Shown: piece by piece, positions 50,205 through 61,810 of the stretch
How positions within the stretch are numbered: position 1 is the first letter of the stretch
How the letters are laid out: each line of letters begins with the position of its first letter
Origin: Paraspadella gotoi
Taxonomy: Eukaryota; Animalia; Chaetognatha
Reading direction: 5' to 3'
NCBI GenBank assembly: GCA_051294375.1
Contig: JBJCIZ010000040.1
Coordinates: 302,273 to 366,272, forward strand
DNA: 64,000 nucleotides
Program-made: the position numbers and the translations under genes
The notes under the pieces: generated by a model
Told to the model about the DNA's origin: nothing
Database searches by the model: none
The model's input: only the letters and a program-made list of their open reading frames with translations

Positions 50205-51468
50205 GGGTTAGGGTTTGGGAGTTTACAAACGGGTTTTTAGCTAGGGTTAGGGTTGAAGAGTTTACAAAATATAAAAATAAGGACGTATTGAGTTTTTTGA
50301 GTTAGGGTTTGGGAGTTTACAAATACATTTTCTAGCTTGACGTGTGAGATTTTAGAGTTTAGGGTTAGGATTGAGTAGTGTACGTTAGGGTTGGGTTGAA
50401 TATTGATATTGAAGCATGGGTTAGGGTTAGAAAGTTTACAAATCGTGTTTTAGGGTTAGGGTTGTAGTATGTAGCCTTCAGTCCTGGCAGCAAAATTAAT
50501 TATTATTAATTATAGTAATTTATTTACAAAGGAACCAAATTATATTTAACTATCAAATTATGTAATACATCTTTTTATGTCTCCTAAATTAATTTAGGAG
50601 ACATTTAGGAGACATTCGTTCTAGTTATGGCAACTTTGACTAAACTAAACTCAGATTAGGGTTAGTGTTAGGCTTGAGGTGGTTTAGGGTTGAGTAGGTC
50701 AAGGGTTAGGATTGAGTTGGTAGTAGTTAGGGTTAAGGTTGAGTAATTTTGGGTTAGGGTTGAGTAGTTTAGGGTTAAGGTTAGAGTTAAGTTCATTTTA
50801 GGGTTAATGTCAATTTTAGGGTTAGGGGTAGGGATGTTGTTGATGAACAGGAGGCCCATGTTAGGGTTAGGGTAGGTACTGGTGAGGGACATTAGGGATT
50901 AGGGTTGAGGCACGGAGATGTACGGGAGGCCTGGGCTCGGTTTAGAGTTAGGGTTGGGAGAGAGGCACAGAGTTGAACAGGAGGAATGGTTTAGGGTTAA
51001 GGTTGGTAGAGGGGCCCATGGTTGACACATCGAAGGCGGTTAAGGATAGGGTTGAAGGACAAAGACTATGGGAGTTTCGGGCCTGGATTAGGGTTAGGGG
51101 AGAGGCACGGAGTTGAATGGAGAGGCCTGGTTTAGGGTAAGGGTTGGGGGAGGGACCCATGGTTGACGCATCAAAGGCGGTTAGGGTTAGGGTTGAGGCA
51201 CGGAGATGTATGGGAGGCCCGGGCCAGGGTTAGAGTTAGGGGAGAGGTACAGAGTTGAACGGGAGGCCTGGTTTCGGTTTATGGTTGTGGGAGGAGCCCG
51301 TTGTTGACATGTCGAAGGCGGTTAGGGTTAGGGTTGAACAGGAGTTGAACGGGAGGCCCCGGATTATGGTTGAGGGTGACGGGTGAGGCACAGAATTGAA
51401 CGGAGGCCTGGTTAGGGTTAGAGTTTTTGGAGGGGCCGTGGTTGACGTGTCGAAGGCGGTTAGGGTAG
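50205..51468 (+). repeat. Degenerate interstitial TTAGGG-rich repeat with a higher-order unit
   Basis: Many GGGTTAGGGTT words; from ~50890 they sit in recurring longer units (GAGGCACGGAG...GGAGGCC...GTTGACACATCGAAGGCGGTT). Confidence 0.75.
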
Positions 51469-52028
51469 GGGGAGGAGCCTCTGAGCTAGGGCGTTTAAAA
51501 ATAACAAAATATAACAAATTGAATAAGGTACATAGCTATTTTAGTGTAAACAAGTCTGTAGAATTTGATGGTGATGACCCTTTTTTTTATTATTTTATCT
51601 TTCTTGTCGAAAATGACGATTTTTAATGTATATAAAATTGTCATAAAAAAACAATTATAAGTTTGTGATAAATAAAATTATTAAAATTATTATAAATTAC
51701 ATGAGCTTTTGAAATATAAAATAAAGACTTATAAAAATATTTATGGTAAGTTTATTTTTAAATTTTTTATTTTATAAAAAGTTAGTGAATTATATTTTTT
51801 TAATAATTATGAGAAAAATTAGGTAAAGTTGAAAAGAAATAATTTCAAAATTTTATTGATGGATTTGTATTCCTTGCAAAAAAGTTGATATGAGAAAATA
51901 TAATTTTTTATCTCACAAAATTATGTTAATAAGTTAGTCAAAATTTAGAAAAACTATAATTTTAAGCCAAAAATTATTTGAATTAAAGACAAGTCTTGAT
52001 ACAGCAACGATTTTTATTTTATTGTACA

Positions 52029-52062
52029 GAACAGTTTCGGCTTTCATTCAAGCCTTCATCAG
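52029..52062 (-). ncRNA. Minimal type I hammerhead ribozyme (helix III slightly altered)
   Basis: Minus strand reads CTGATGAAGGCTTGAATGAAAGCCGAAACTGTTC. Confidence 0.72.
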
Positions 52063-52890
52063 TGCTTTTGACAATTCACAATTTTCATGTTTTCCAAATT
52101 GACTTTGGAAGAGAGAGAGAGAGAGAGGAAGAGAGAGAGAGAAGAAATGGCCAACAAAGATATGAGACAGGACAGTGGTGAAATGTGAGGACAGGTTTAA
52201 GTTAGTAGAGAGAGGAGAGAGAGAGAGAGAGAATATGAGGGAAAGAAATTAAATTTGTGAGTGAGGGAGAGAGAGAGAGAGACAGAGAAGCAGAGGTTAA
52301 CATTTGGTAAGAAAGTTACATTAGAAATGTACAACAATGGTAAATTTAATAAATAAGTAGCAGACTTAAACAACTAAAATATTTAAATTAATTCAGATAG
52401 AAATTTAATAAAGGAGTGAAGTTTGAGTGAAATTGAAATAAGGATGTTGAGGATAGGGTAAGTGAAAGGAGTAAGAGAAAATAGGAAAAAGAAAAGCTCG
52501 AAAATGAGCTGCCCCCCCCCCGGGTCAACAATGGGGGATGCTGACGATGTGGTCGGGGTCATTGGTTTGTCATACGCGCTGAGGGTTAGTTGTGGGTGGA
52601 GTGCAACATGGATGGGTCCGGTAGAGACCCAGGCGGAAAGAGGCCAAGTGCAACTCGAATATCTCTCAGGCCTGATAAACCTGCCGACGGCCCTCGTCTC
52701 GCCTGTTGGCAAGGCGGGCAGTGGTCTGTTTTTGCCTGTTTTGCAACGGGAATTACAGACTCCCTCTCCTCCTGTAACCGTCTTTTTGGTGGGCGCCCGA
52801 TCCGAGGAGAGTCGGACTGGGTTGTTGCAGGAGAGGATGATGCGTCGGACATCCCTTGCGTATCGGGAGGTCTCTGCCTGGCCTGTTGTA

Positions 52891-53247
52891 GTAGCAGAGC
52901 ATTCGGCAAATACTGGCCATCTGTTCAGAGAAAATGACTGTCTTGTGATGTCCCATGACCCAAACTGGTTCTCAAGAGGTATTAGAGAGGCGATTTACAT
53001 CAAAGCCTTTGAGCCCTCTCTGAACCGTGATGGAGGATGATTCGACCTCCCTCCTAGCTATGATTCGCTTATTAAAAGTGTGGTGGAGCACCCTTCTCCA
53101 CCACAGCCGCACAACGGGCCAGGCAGAGACCTCCCGATACGCAAGGGATGTCCGACGCCTCATCCTCTCGTGCAACAACCCAGTCCGACTCTCCTCGGAT
53201 CGGGCGCCCACCAAAAAGACGGTTACAGGAGGAGAGGGAGTCTGTAA
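52891..53247 (+). pseudogene. C-terminal half of a PLE GIY-YIG endonuclease
   Basis: VAEHSANTGH...WFSRGIREAIYIKAFEPSLNRDGG*FDLPPSYDSLI, matching the Penelope/Poseidon EN motifs SA.AEH...H, R...EAI.I and LNRD.G. Confidence 0.9.
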
Positions 53248-53438
53248 TTCCCGTTGCAAAACAGGCGAAAACAGACCACTGCCTGCCTTGCCAACAGGCG
53301 AGACGAGGGCCGTCGGCAGGTTTATCAGGCCTGAGAGATATTCGAGTTGCACTTGGCCTCTTTCCGCCTGGGTCTCTACCGGACCCGTCCATGTCGCACT
53401 CCACCACAATAGCCTGTCAGCCTATGACAAACCAATGA
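53148..53438 (+). CDS. Small basic ORF (96 aa) in the PLE pseudo-LTR, overlapping the EN tail in another frame
   Basis: MSDASSSRATTQSDSPRIGRPPKRRLQEE...RDIRVALGLFPPGSLPDPSM...; synonymous-biased conservation with 22713-22981; mirrored in the inverted arm (52586-52852). Confidence 0.6.
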   Translation: MSDASSSRATTQSDSPRIGRPPKRRLQEERESVIPVAKQAKTDHCLPCQQARRGPSAGLSGLRDIRVALGLFPPGSLPDPSMSHSTTIACQPMTNQ

Positions 53439-53760
53439 CCCAACCACATTGTCAGCATCCCCCATTGTTGACCCGGGAGGGGGCCAGCTCATTTTGAGCT
53501 TTTTCTTTTTCTTATTTTTCTCTTACTCTTTCACTTACCTATCCCTCAACATCTTATTCAATTTCATCTAAACTTCACTCCTTTATTAATTTCTATTTGA
53601 ATTAATTTAAATATTTTAGTTTGTTTAAGTCTGTCTACTTATTTATTAAATTTACCATTGTTGTACATTTTCTAATGTAACTTTTCTTACCAAATGTTAA
53701 CCTCTGCTTCTCTGTTCTCTCTCTCTCTCTCCCTCACTCACAAATTTAATTTCTTTTCCC

Positions 53761-53797
<37 letters not shown>

Positions 53798-53922
53798 ACT
53801 TAAACCTGTCCTCACATTTCACCACTGTCCTGTCTCATATCTTTGTTTGGCCATTTCTTCTCTCTCTTCTCTCTCTTCCAAAGTCAATTGGAAAACATGA
53901 AAATTGTGAATTGTCAAAAGCA

Positions 53923-53956
53923 CTGATGAAGGCTTGAATGGAAGCCGAAACTTGTC
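53923..53956 (+). ncRNA. Minimal type I hammerhead ribozyme
   Basis: CTGATGAAGGCTT-GAATGG-AAGCCGAAACTTGTC. Confidence 0.8.
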
Positions 53957-54198
53957 TGTACAATAAAAATAAAATCGTCTGCTATCAAGACTTTGTCTTT
54001 AATTTCAAATATCTAAAAACACAACGAAAGAAAGTTTAATCACAAAGCCAAAAATTAAAAAATACATAAAAAAAACATTTTTTACCAACTTAATGAAAGA
54101 ATTTGTTAAAATGGATTATACTTTCTTATATCAACTTTTTGTAAGGAATTCAAATCCGGTTTAAAATTTTAAAATTTTAATTTTTTCACTTTAGCTTA

Positions 54199-55213
54199 TT
54201 TTTATCGAGCCATGACCGGCGAAGCCGGTTCAGGCTCTATCGTCCGTCGTCTCGTCCGTCACGCTGTTTTTATATAAAAATCACTACGCTTTTATAGGTT
54301 TGGCTGTGACTTACCGTTTTTTTTAAATAAAATTATTATGAATTATTATAAAGTTTTACAAAAGTGTGCAATCATAGTAAGTTAAAAAATTAAGATATGG
54401 CTTCTCAACTTGAAATAGCTTTTGATATTTTCTTATTACATTTGGATTTAAGTATTTTTTGTTTTAATTTCCACTTCATTATGATTTACTGCAATATGCA
54501 AATGAGATTATTAGTACTCATTATAATATTCAATTAGTATATAGAAATGCTTTAATCTAATTTACATATTTCAGTATATAATATTGAAGATGAAATTCAA
54601 ATATTTTTTTTTAAATCTATAATAAAATGGAACTCACAGGAACTTTTAATGAGAAGCTATATCTTAATTTAATACAAATAAAAATAAAATCTTTTACAAG
54701 CTGCGATTGGAAAAATTGGAAAAATTGGAAAAAATTTCCAATTTGTAAACCTTTCTTTTTATTTATTTTAATTATTTATTATTTTTTTTCAGGCGCTGCC
54801 TTTTCTGAATCGTTAAAAAAACGAGTTCAGGGTCTCTCTCAGTCTCTCTCAGTCGCTCTCTGTGTGCGTCTGTCTCTCTCTGTACGATCTCATGCGTGAT
54901 CGTTCGTTTTTTGAAAATTCTGATTATTTTTTTCCTTCTAAAACTTTTATTATCGCCATTTATTTCCGCGTTCTTTCTCAATACAAAATCCCAAATTTAC
55001 ATCTGAGATTTTCGTGATTTTTTTTTAGAAAATATGAAGAATATCTTACTTGACCTGGATTTCGTGGCCGTTGCAGGGCAACGAGTAAACAATGTCGAGG
55101 AACATGACCTTGATGGCAACGGAAACGTTACGTGTATAAAAAAAATCAACTTGACCGAGATCACGCGATATAACGAGAGTGACCTAATATTGCGTATCGT
55201 TGGGGGAAAACTT

Positions 55214-55252
<39 letters not shown>

Positions 55253-56265
55253 TTCTCTCTTTCTATCTCTTTTTTTTGTACAAAAATAATTTTTTAGTCA
55301 CTTTTTTTTCATCACTGTCACTGCGCGACGAGTAAACGATTTAACGAGTTCCGGCTCTCTCTCTCTCTCTCTGTCTCCTCTCTGTCTCTCTCTCTTATGT
55401 ACGATCGTCGTTTTTTGAAAAATTATTATTATTTTTTTTCCTTCTAAAAACTTTTATTATGCGCATTTTATTTTTTTTTCTCAATACAAAATCCCAAATT
55501 TACATCCGAAATTTTCGTGGACTCATTTTAAATAAAAGGAAAAATAACTTATAATGCAGGCAATGTCACATGACTCTCAGCTTGCTATATGTCCGGCAAT
55601 TCCACGGATTAATTTAATTGCATAAATATTTCTAAAAAAAAATTTTTTTTGTTTTTTATTACTGTAACTTTGGACCGGTCGGCCCACTATTGGCAAATTA
55701 TATCTAAAATAGGAGTTGAGAAGAGAGATATAGTCAAATTAAACATTACTTTTTTGTTATTCTAATAATTTTTACAATTTTAAATTTGTAAATTTTTTTA
55801 GTGATATATTTAATCATTTTTATCCTTTTTTAAAATAATAATTATTTGAGTTGGGATAAATATTTATAAATTAGTTAAATATGCAAATATAAATTTGACC
55901 TCGGTCTGGTTTCTTCTTAAAAAAAACAATCTAAAATTTCATTCAAGATTAAAACTTTTTTAAGATGAGGACATAAAATTTTCTTTGATAAGTAAAATAA
56001 ATATTAGAAAGGAAAAGAGTCGTCCCTACTCAGATACGTCGAAAAACGAGTCAGCTCTGCAGCGGCGGTCCAGCTTCTCTCTATCTTTCTCTCTCACTCT
56101 CTCTCTCTCTCTATTTCTTTCTATTTATTCCGCCATTTATTCCGCGCTTTTTTCTCAATACAAAATCCCAAATTTACATCCGAGATTTTCGTGGATTTTT
56201 TTCTAAAAATTCTGATTATTCTTATATAAAACGAGAGTGAAAACTGACCAGCCTCTCTCTCTCTT

Positions 56266-56303
<38 letters not shown>

Positions 56304-56590
56304 ATTCATACACGCATTTGTTTGTTTTTATTTACGATGAATGATTCATCGCGTCAATGAATGACTATCATCGCATCAATGAATGATTATCATCATATCA
56401 ATGAATGATTATCATCACATCAATGAATGACTATCATCGCAATCAATCATTTGATTATCATCACATCAGTTATTTTTGTTATCATCGCAATCAATTATTG
56501 GTTATCATCGCATCAATATTTGGTTATATCGCATCAATATTTGGTTATCATCAAAAGTAGGCTCGATTCCTTATGCTTTTAAGATTTTTT
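54199..56590 (+). mobile_element. HINE family 2, apparently complete
   Basis: T-rich flank, sub-TIRs ATCGAGCC/GGCTCGAT, hairpin ACCGGCGAAGCCGGT, (CGT/CCGT) microsatellite, internal (CT)n blocks and ~21-bp tandem repeats at 56335-56550. Confidence 0.65.
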
Positions 56591-57701
56591 TTAATATTTA
56601 TGAATAATTATAGCTAACAAATAGTTAATAAAATATATAATTTATAAATAAACTTACTGAAATATTTATATGGGTCTTTATTTTCATATTATGTAAGCTA
56701 AATATAGTTTTTATAAAATTTTAATAATTTGAGTTTCTTATACTCTACAACGTTTGTTGCATTTGAATAGTACCTTATGTGATGCAAAAATCACCATTTT
56801 CGACAAAGAAGATGAAACTATATAAAAAGATGATTATCAACATCGAATTCTACAGACTTGATTACACTAAAAGAGCTATGTACCTTATTTGATTTGTTAT
56901 ATTTTGTTATTTTTAAACGCCCTACTGTGGGTGATGCGTTCATCCCCTTATCTCAACATCAGCCGCGAGCCTCTCCTCTAACTAGCGCCTTTCATTATAT
57001 TTGCTACTTTTATCGCTGGCGAGGTCGCCAGGGCCCTAGCGATATCGCCATGGCGAAGTCGCCAACCAACTAGAACCTGATAAAATTATATTAGGGGTGA
57101 TGTTAGTATATTTTCCATTCTTTTTCCTTGGTTTCAGAATTTGAGATAAGAAAAGTTTTCTTTGTTTCTAATGAAAAAATCCCATACATGTTGCGGTCTT
57201 AAATTAAACACTGATAAAAGTCTGAAATTTAAGACCAAAACATGTATGATATTTTTTCATTAATAATTTGTGGTGAAAACAAAGAAAACTTTTCTTTTCT
57301 CAAATGAGGGGTGAAATAAAAAATCATTTTTTTTAAATGAATGATAATAGGTTTGAAAATCTTTTCAATACTAGTTATTTTCATATGGTTAATGAGTAAG
57401 TTAAATATTATTTATTAAACTATCAAAAAGTTAGGGATAAAACATATAAAAATAGAAAAAATATACAATACAAGATTTTACTTTCAAAATGATTAATAAT
57501 TTGCTTTATTTTTGTTCTAATCTATACTGCCACCCTACCTACACCATTATCACCATTAGTAATAACCTTTAGCCAACAAATGTGCTTATGTTTGATAATT
57601 GTGTAGTCAGGTGATCATTGGGAAATACATCCATGAAAGTCACTGCAATGCAACACTTTGAACTTTCAAGTTTTTTGTTTTGTTTTTTTTGTTTTTTTTA
57701 G

Positions 57702-57766
57702 AAAACCTGCGTTATATAAACATGTGAAGATGGACCAGAAGTTCAAGATATCCGACAATTATAAAG
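57702..57766 (+). CDS. Candidate upstream exon of the MACPF gene
   Basis: Poly-T AG acceptor, KPALYKHVKMDQKFKISDNYK, AG|GTTAGT donor in phase 1, compatible with the 59296 exon. Confidence 0.5.
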
Positions 57767-57809
57767 GTTAGTACCGTTAAGTAAAAAATTAAATTAATTA
57801 ATGCTTTAA

Positions 57810-59068
57810 GGCCTGGGATCATTCAAACAAGAATTGCATAAAGCTTTGTACAATTTATTATTATGTCAAAGAAAGTGTATTCCCTTCATGTTTCAAAAAA
57901 AAAAAACTCTAAATTTGATTAAGGTTCAGCTTCAAGAGGCAACTAAAAATCGGGCAATTTTTTTATCAGTAAACCTTAAAAATTTCATCCAACACGGTAA
58001 AGTCATTTTTAAACGCAAATTTTTAATTTTTTTTTCAATTAACAGCACCTACCTCAGTGTAATACTAACAACAAAAACCAAGTCATTCCAAATATGTTAT
58101 AGAATCAATTAATGATGAAAACATATGTTTATGTAGAGAGCAGAACGCTTATATAAGGATATCTATTATCATTTTATTACAAAAAAGAATGATTAAAAAT
58201 TGTAAAATTGTAAAATTCAAAGACATTCGTCCCCTGGCATCTGAAGTTGGGTCCACTTTGATAACAACCCTCAATGGTGCCATAGACTGCCACAGATTCC
58301 ACAGACGGACCAGCCTCATGCTCTGCTTTTGACATTTAGTCTTCTGTTCCCCAGGTTCAAAACTGGTTCAAAACAAACTGAGAAAAAAATAAATAAACAC
58401 TTTGCAGCATTCCTCCTTGTGCTTTCCCCAGCCACAGCCATTTGTTAATTTAAAAAAAATTGTACAAAATTTGGATAAAACTTTAAAGATTGGTAAAGCC
58501 ATCATTTAAACTAGAAATGAAAATAGATTTCGGAAAAGTGTAACAATTTTAAAGTTCTTTGCTCGACTTTCAGTTCTGTAAAATCTACAAAAAAAAAATA
58601 AAAAATAAAAAATAAATAAACAAAAAGAGTTGGAGCTAAAAACCGTTTGAAATAAAAATAAACTAAAATTATTTTTTTAAGTATGGAAAGGTGGGAGAAA
58701 TTCTATGAGAGGGATTTGGAAAATGTTACTAGTTTTCAAGATATTTAGAATTTAATTGCCAAAATTTTCTTATTCTTTTTTTTTTCTTATGAAATATTGT
58801 GAATTTGAAAAATCCCTCTCATAGAATTGGGACCCTTGTCCTCAAGTAAATTTATGTAAAATTTCATGAAAATCCCCTTAGCCGTTTGGGCCGCAACTCT
58901 TCCGAAAGGTTTCTTTTATTTTATAAAGTATTATAAAATTCAAAAAAACAGCAATGGATTCGAAGAGAAGATAAAGTGAATACATTTTCAGAATCAACTG
59001 GACCTCTACTTTTCGAATACAAGCTTTATTTAATCCTAATTATAACTTTTGGCCAGTGATCCCAGGCC
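57810..59068. mobile_element. Non-autonomous Kolobok-like DNA transposon in a MACPF intron
   Basis: TIR GGCCTGGGATCA/TGATCCCAGGCC, TTAA TSD on both sides, purine-purine 5' termini (piggyBac would start with pyrimidines). Confidence 0.75.
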
Positions 59069-59295
59069 TTAAATCAATAAATAATAACTCAACACCAATA
59101 ACTTAAATCAATAATATTTTGAGTCAGAATAGATATATTTTATAAAAAGTCCAAATTACCTAATCTAATAAATTGTTTTTAAATTGATGTAACAGATTGA
59201 AATTTATATATATATTTTTTCTGACTTGTAAAATTATTTGATTTGAGAAATTTTTGCTAGCATATGTAGCATACTTTTCTTTAACTTGTTTTTAG

Positions 59296-59400
59296 GTCCA
59301 ACTTATGCTAAACCTGTATTGGAGTCGATTACTAAAGTTTTATCAACTATTGGTGATGTGAATAATGAAGACAAAAAAGAAAGGATGAATGATGAAACTG
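59296..59400 (+). CDS. Exon of the MACPF gene (N-terminal extension)
   Basis: TTTTTAG acceptor, GPTYAKPVLESITKVLSTIGDVNNEDKKERMNDET, G|GTAAGT donor; phase 1 at both ends. Confidence 0.75.
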
Positions 59401-60041
59401 GTAAGTGAACTAATATAAAAATACTGTTAGGGGTAGCCCCACTCAATGGGGTTAGTACTATGTGTAAATATAACCTACTACAAAAATTTCAAAATTTATA
59501 ATAAAAAATTTGTATACATTAATGTTAATTAGTACAATGGTGTTCATTCCTCACTTTTATAAATTTAATTAAAGGTAAAAAAAGGTAAAATTTTTACTGC
59601 ACTGTACTTGTTATAAAAATAAAAATAAAAATACCTCATTAACCATCTTTTCTAGTTTTTTTAGATTTTTTGTAATTTGAAAAAAAAATAAAAAATTTTA
59701 AAAATAAGTGAATATTCTTTAATACCAGTTGGTTTTAGCAATATTTTATGAAAATAATCTCATTAACCATTTTTCTCTTACTTTTTTTACCAAACTTTCC
59801 TTCTTATCGTTATTATGAAATTGATAGAACAGAAAAATTGGCCCAGAAAATTTTTTTGAGTCTTAGGGAACTGTTTTACGTTATTCAGAAAATTAGGGGA
59901 GTACAAAATGTCCTTTATCTTTTCTTGTTCTTTTACTTCGCGCTATTTTCTAATGTCCTTTTTCATTTCAAATTTGTTTACAAATAGGCAATTTTGCAAG
60001 CTAATTAATCGATATTTGACCAAGATTTCACCTTTTTTAAG

Positions 60042-61634
60042 GTACTACACAAAATCCAAATGCAAAAGTAATATTAGATATGGCAAACTCAATCTCAGAT
60101 GCAGTAAAGCAGGCGGATATAAAAAGAGGTCAAGTTTTAGATGCTGAGACAGAAGAAAAATTGGAGCCTCAAGAACCTACTGTTCCTTCTCCGACTGATA
60201 GTTCAAAAGAAAACGAGAAAAAGAAAATAAATGTGGGCACAAAAAAGGAAATTACTGTGCAATCTGAAGGTGGGTTTAGCAAAATGGGAAGCTTTAGACC
60301 ACCTTCAATTAAAATTACTGAACAAACTTTTGGAGAACTCCTCGAAACATCGGCTGAAACAGAAGATGAAAGTGCCAAAGTTTATAATTATCCCAATGGC
60401 GTTGGACCACTTATTATGAATGGTTGTTTTGAATCTGGCTATGTCCCATCCGATCCCTGCGCACAAGTTCGTATTCCTGGAGGAGCTTGTCATAGAATGC
60501 TTGATGCGGCTGCATTTTTGGGTGTCGGATTTGATGGACGAGGATTTTATAGCCCAGAAAGTAGAAAAATGAGTTTAATTCAAAGAAAATGCAGTTGGGG
60601 AAAAACTTTTATGCAAAAACAGCTACCAGATGCAATGAATGCATTTGGAATTTATAATGTTGATGCTGAAACTAATGCATTTTCATCCTCAGAAAATTAT
60701 GGCCAATACCTTTCATCCAAATCACAAGTTTCTTCACAAAAAGGGATGTTTGCTCAGGAGAAAAGTCAAATATCTTCTTCAACAAGCAGTGGAGGTGATT
60801 TAGAAATAGTAGGAGCAATTGCGGGCGCTGCGGCTGGGGCAGCTGCTGGAGGACCAGTTGCAGCCGGTGCAGCAGCAAAGCTAGGCCAAACAATTGGAAA
60901 ATCCATCAGCTTTAGTTCATCAGAATCCAGTGGAAGCTCGGATTCTAATTCAAAAAGTAATAATGAAAAAAAAAAAGAACAATCATCAAAAAGTAGTCAA
61001 GAGGAAACCAAAACTGATAGCATGATTGCAGTTTTGTTCATAAATGTTAATCTTTATGAATTAACATTGGATGAGGTCACACCTGACACTCTTACAGAAA
61101 CATTTTTACAAGATTTTGTTGAGTTACCAGACTCATATTATTATAGTAATGCCCCTCTACTATATCAAGACTTTTTGATAAGATATGGAACTCATTACAT
61201 AAAAAGTGCTGTGTATGGTGGAGAATTAAAAATTGTTAAAAAATCAAAAGCTGAAAAAAAAATGACGCAAGAAGAGTTTTCAAAGGTTGCTGAAAAAGAA
61301 TTTAAAGCAATCACCAACACACTTCAAAGTGAAACGAGTCAAAAAGAAAGCAGCTCTTCTGCTTTTGGATATTCGACAAGTTCTAAAGAAAGTGAAAGCA
61401 AATCAAAAGCAACTAACGAACAAAAGAGTGGCTCTAACTCTAATCAAGAACAACAAAATTCAGAAAAGTCCCAAGAATCTGAATTTACTGAAACAAGTGT
61501 TGAGGCTCAAGGTGGGAGCCCGATGATTGCTCAAGCTTTATTTGACTTTTATACACCTTCTTTTGGAACATTATTTGGACAATGGATAAAAACAATTCCA
61601 AAATACATTCGACCATTCAGCTTTATACTAAGAG
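60042..61634 (+). CDS. MACPF/perforin-like pore-forming domain protein, large exon (gene continues downstream)
   Basis: ~530 open codons; FLGVGFD N-terminal motif; exact signature YGTHYIKSAVYGG (Y/W-G-T/S-H-F/Y-x6-G-G); VEAQGG and W..TI....P; acceptor CCTTTTTTAAG, donor AG|GTAAAT. Confidence 0.93.
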
Positions 61635-61810
61635 GTAAATAATGGCGGCACTAAATTAGAAGTGAAAAAATTAACTATTGCTTTTCATCATTTATTGAGT
61701 TACTGACAAGAGATTAGGGGCGTACTGTCAGACAAATAAAATGAGTTTAGTATTTTGTTTGCATTAACGACTCTAATAAATTTACACGACACTATATGCT
61801 CAGTTTGATC

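Larger units (their letters stand above)
51977..54044. mobile_element. Penelope-like element B: 5'-truncated copy (52890-54044, +) preceded by an inverted copy (51977-52889)
   Basis: ~910-bp inverted arms, GIY-YIG C-terminus in the spacer, a hammerhead near each outer end, 3' tail, 13-bp TSD AAGCCAAAAATTA (51964-51976, 54045-54057). Confidence 0.9.
51487..56924. mobile_element. Old long-TIR DNA element (TAGGG ends, hAT-like) carrying PLE-B and a HINE
   Basis: TAGGGCGTTTAAAAATAACAAAATATAACAAAT...CAAGTCTGTAGAATT is mirrored at 56830-56924; TSD only partly recognisable (CTCTGAGC/CTGTGGGT). Confidence 0.6.

Noticed and set aside
50205-51468. True chromosome end
   Set aside because: The repeats are degenerate and interrupted, with ordinary sequence on both sides.
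53038-53040. Selenocysteine or read-through UGA in the PLE endonuclease
   Set aside because: The position fits Arg (CGA) in LNRDGG-R-F, so CpG decay in a truncated copy is simpler; no SECIS was recognised.
59988-60041. Alternative acceptor for the large MACPF exon
   Set aside because: It introduces an in-frame TAA; the 60042 acceptor keeps the frame open.
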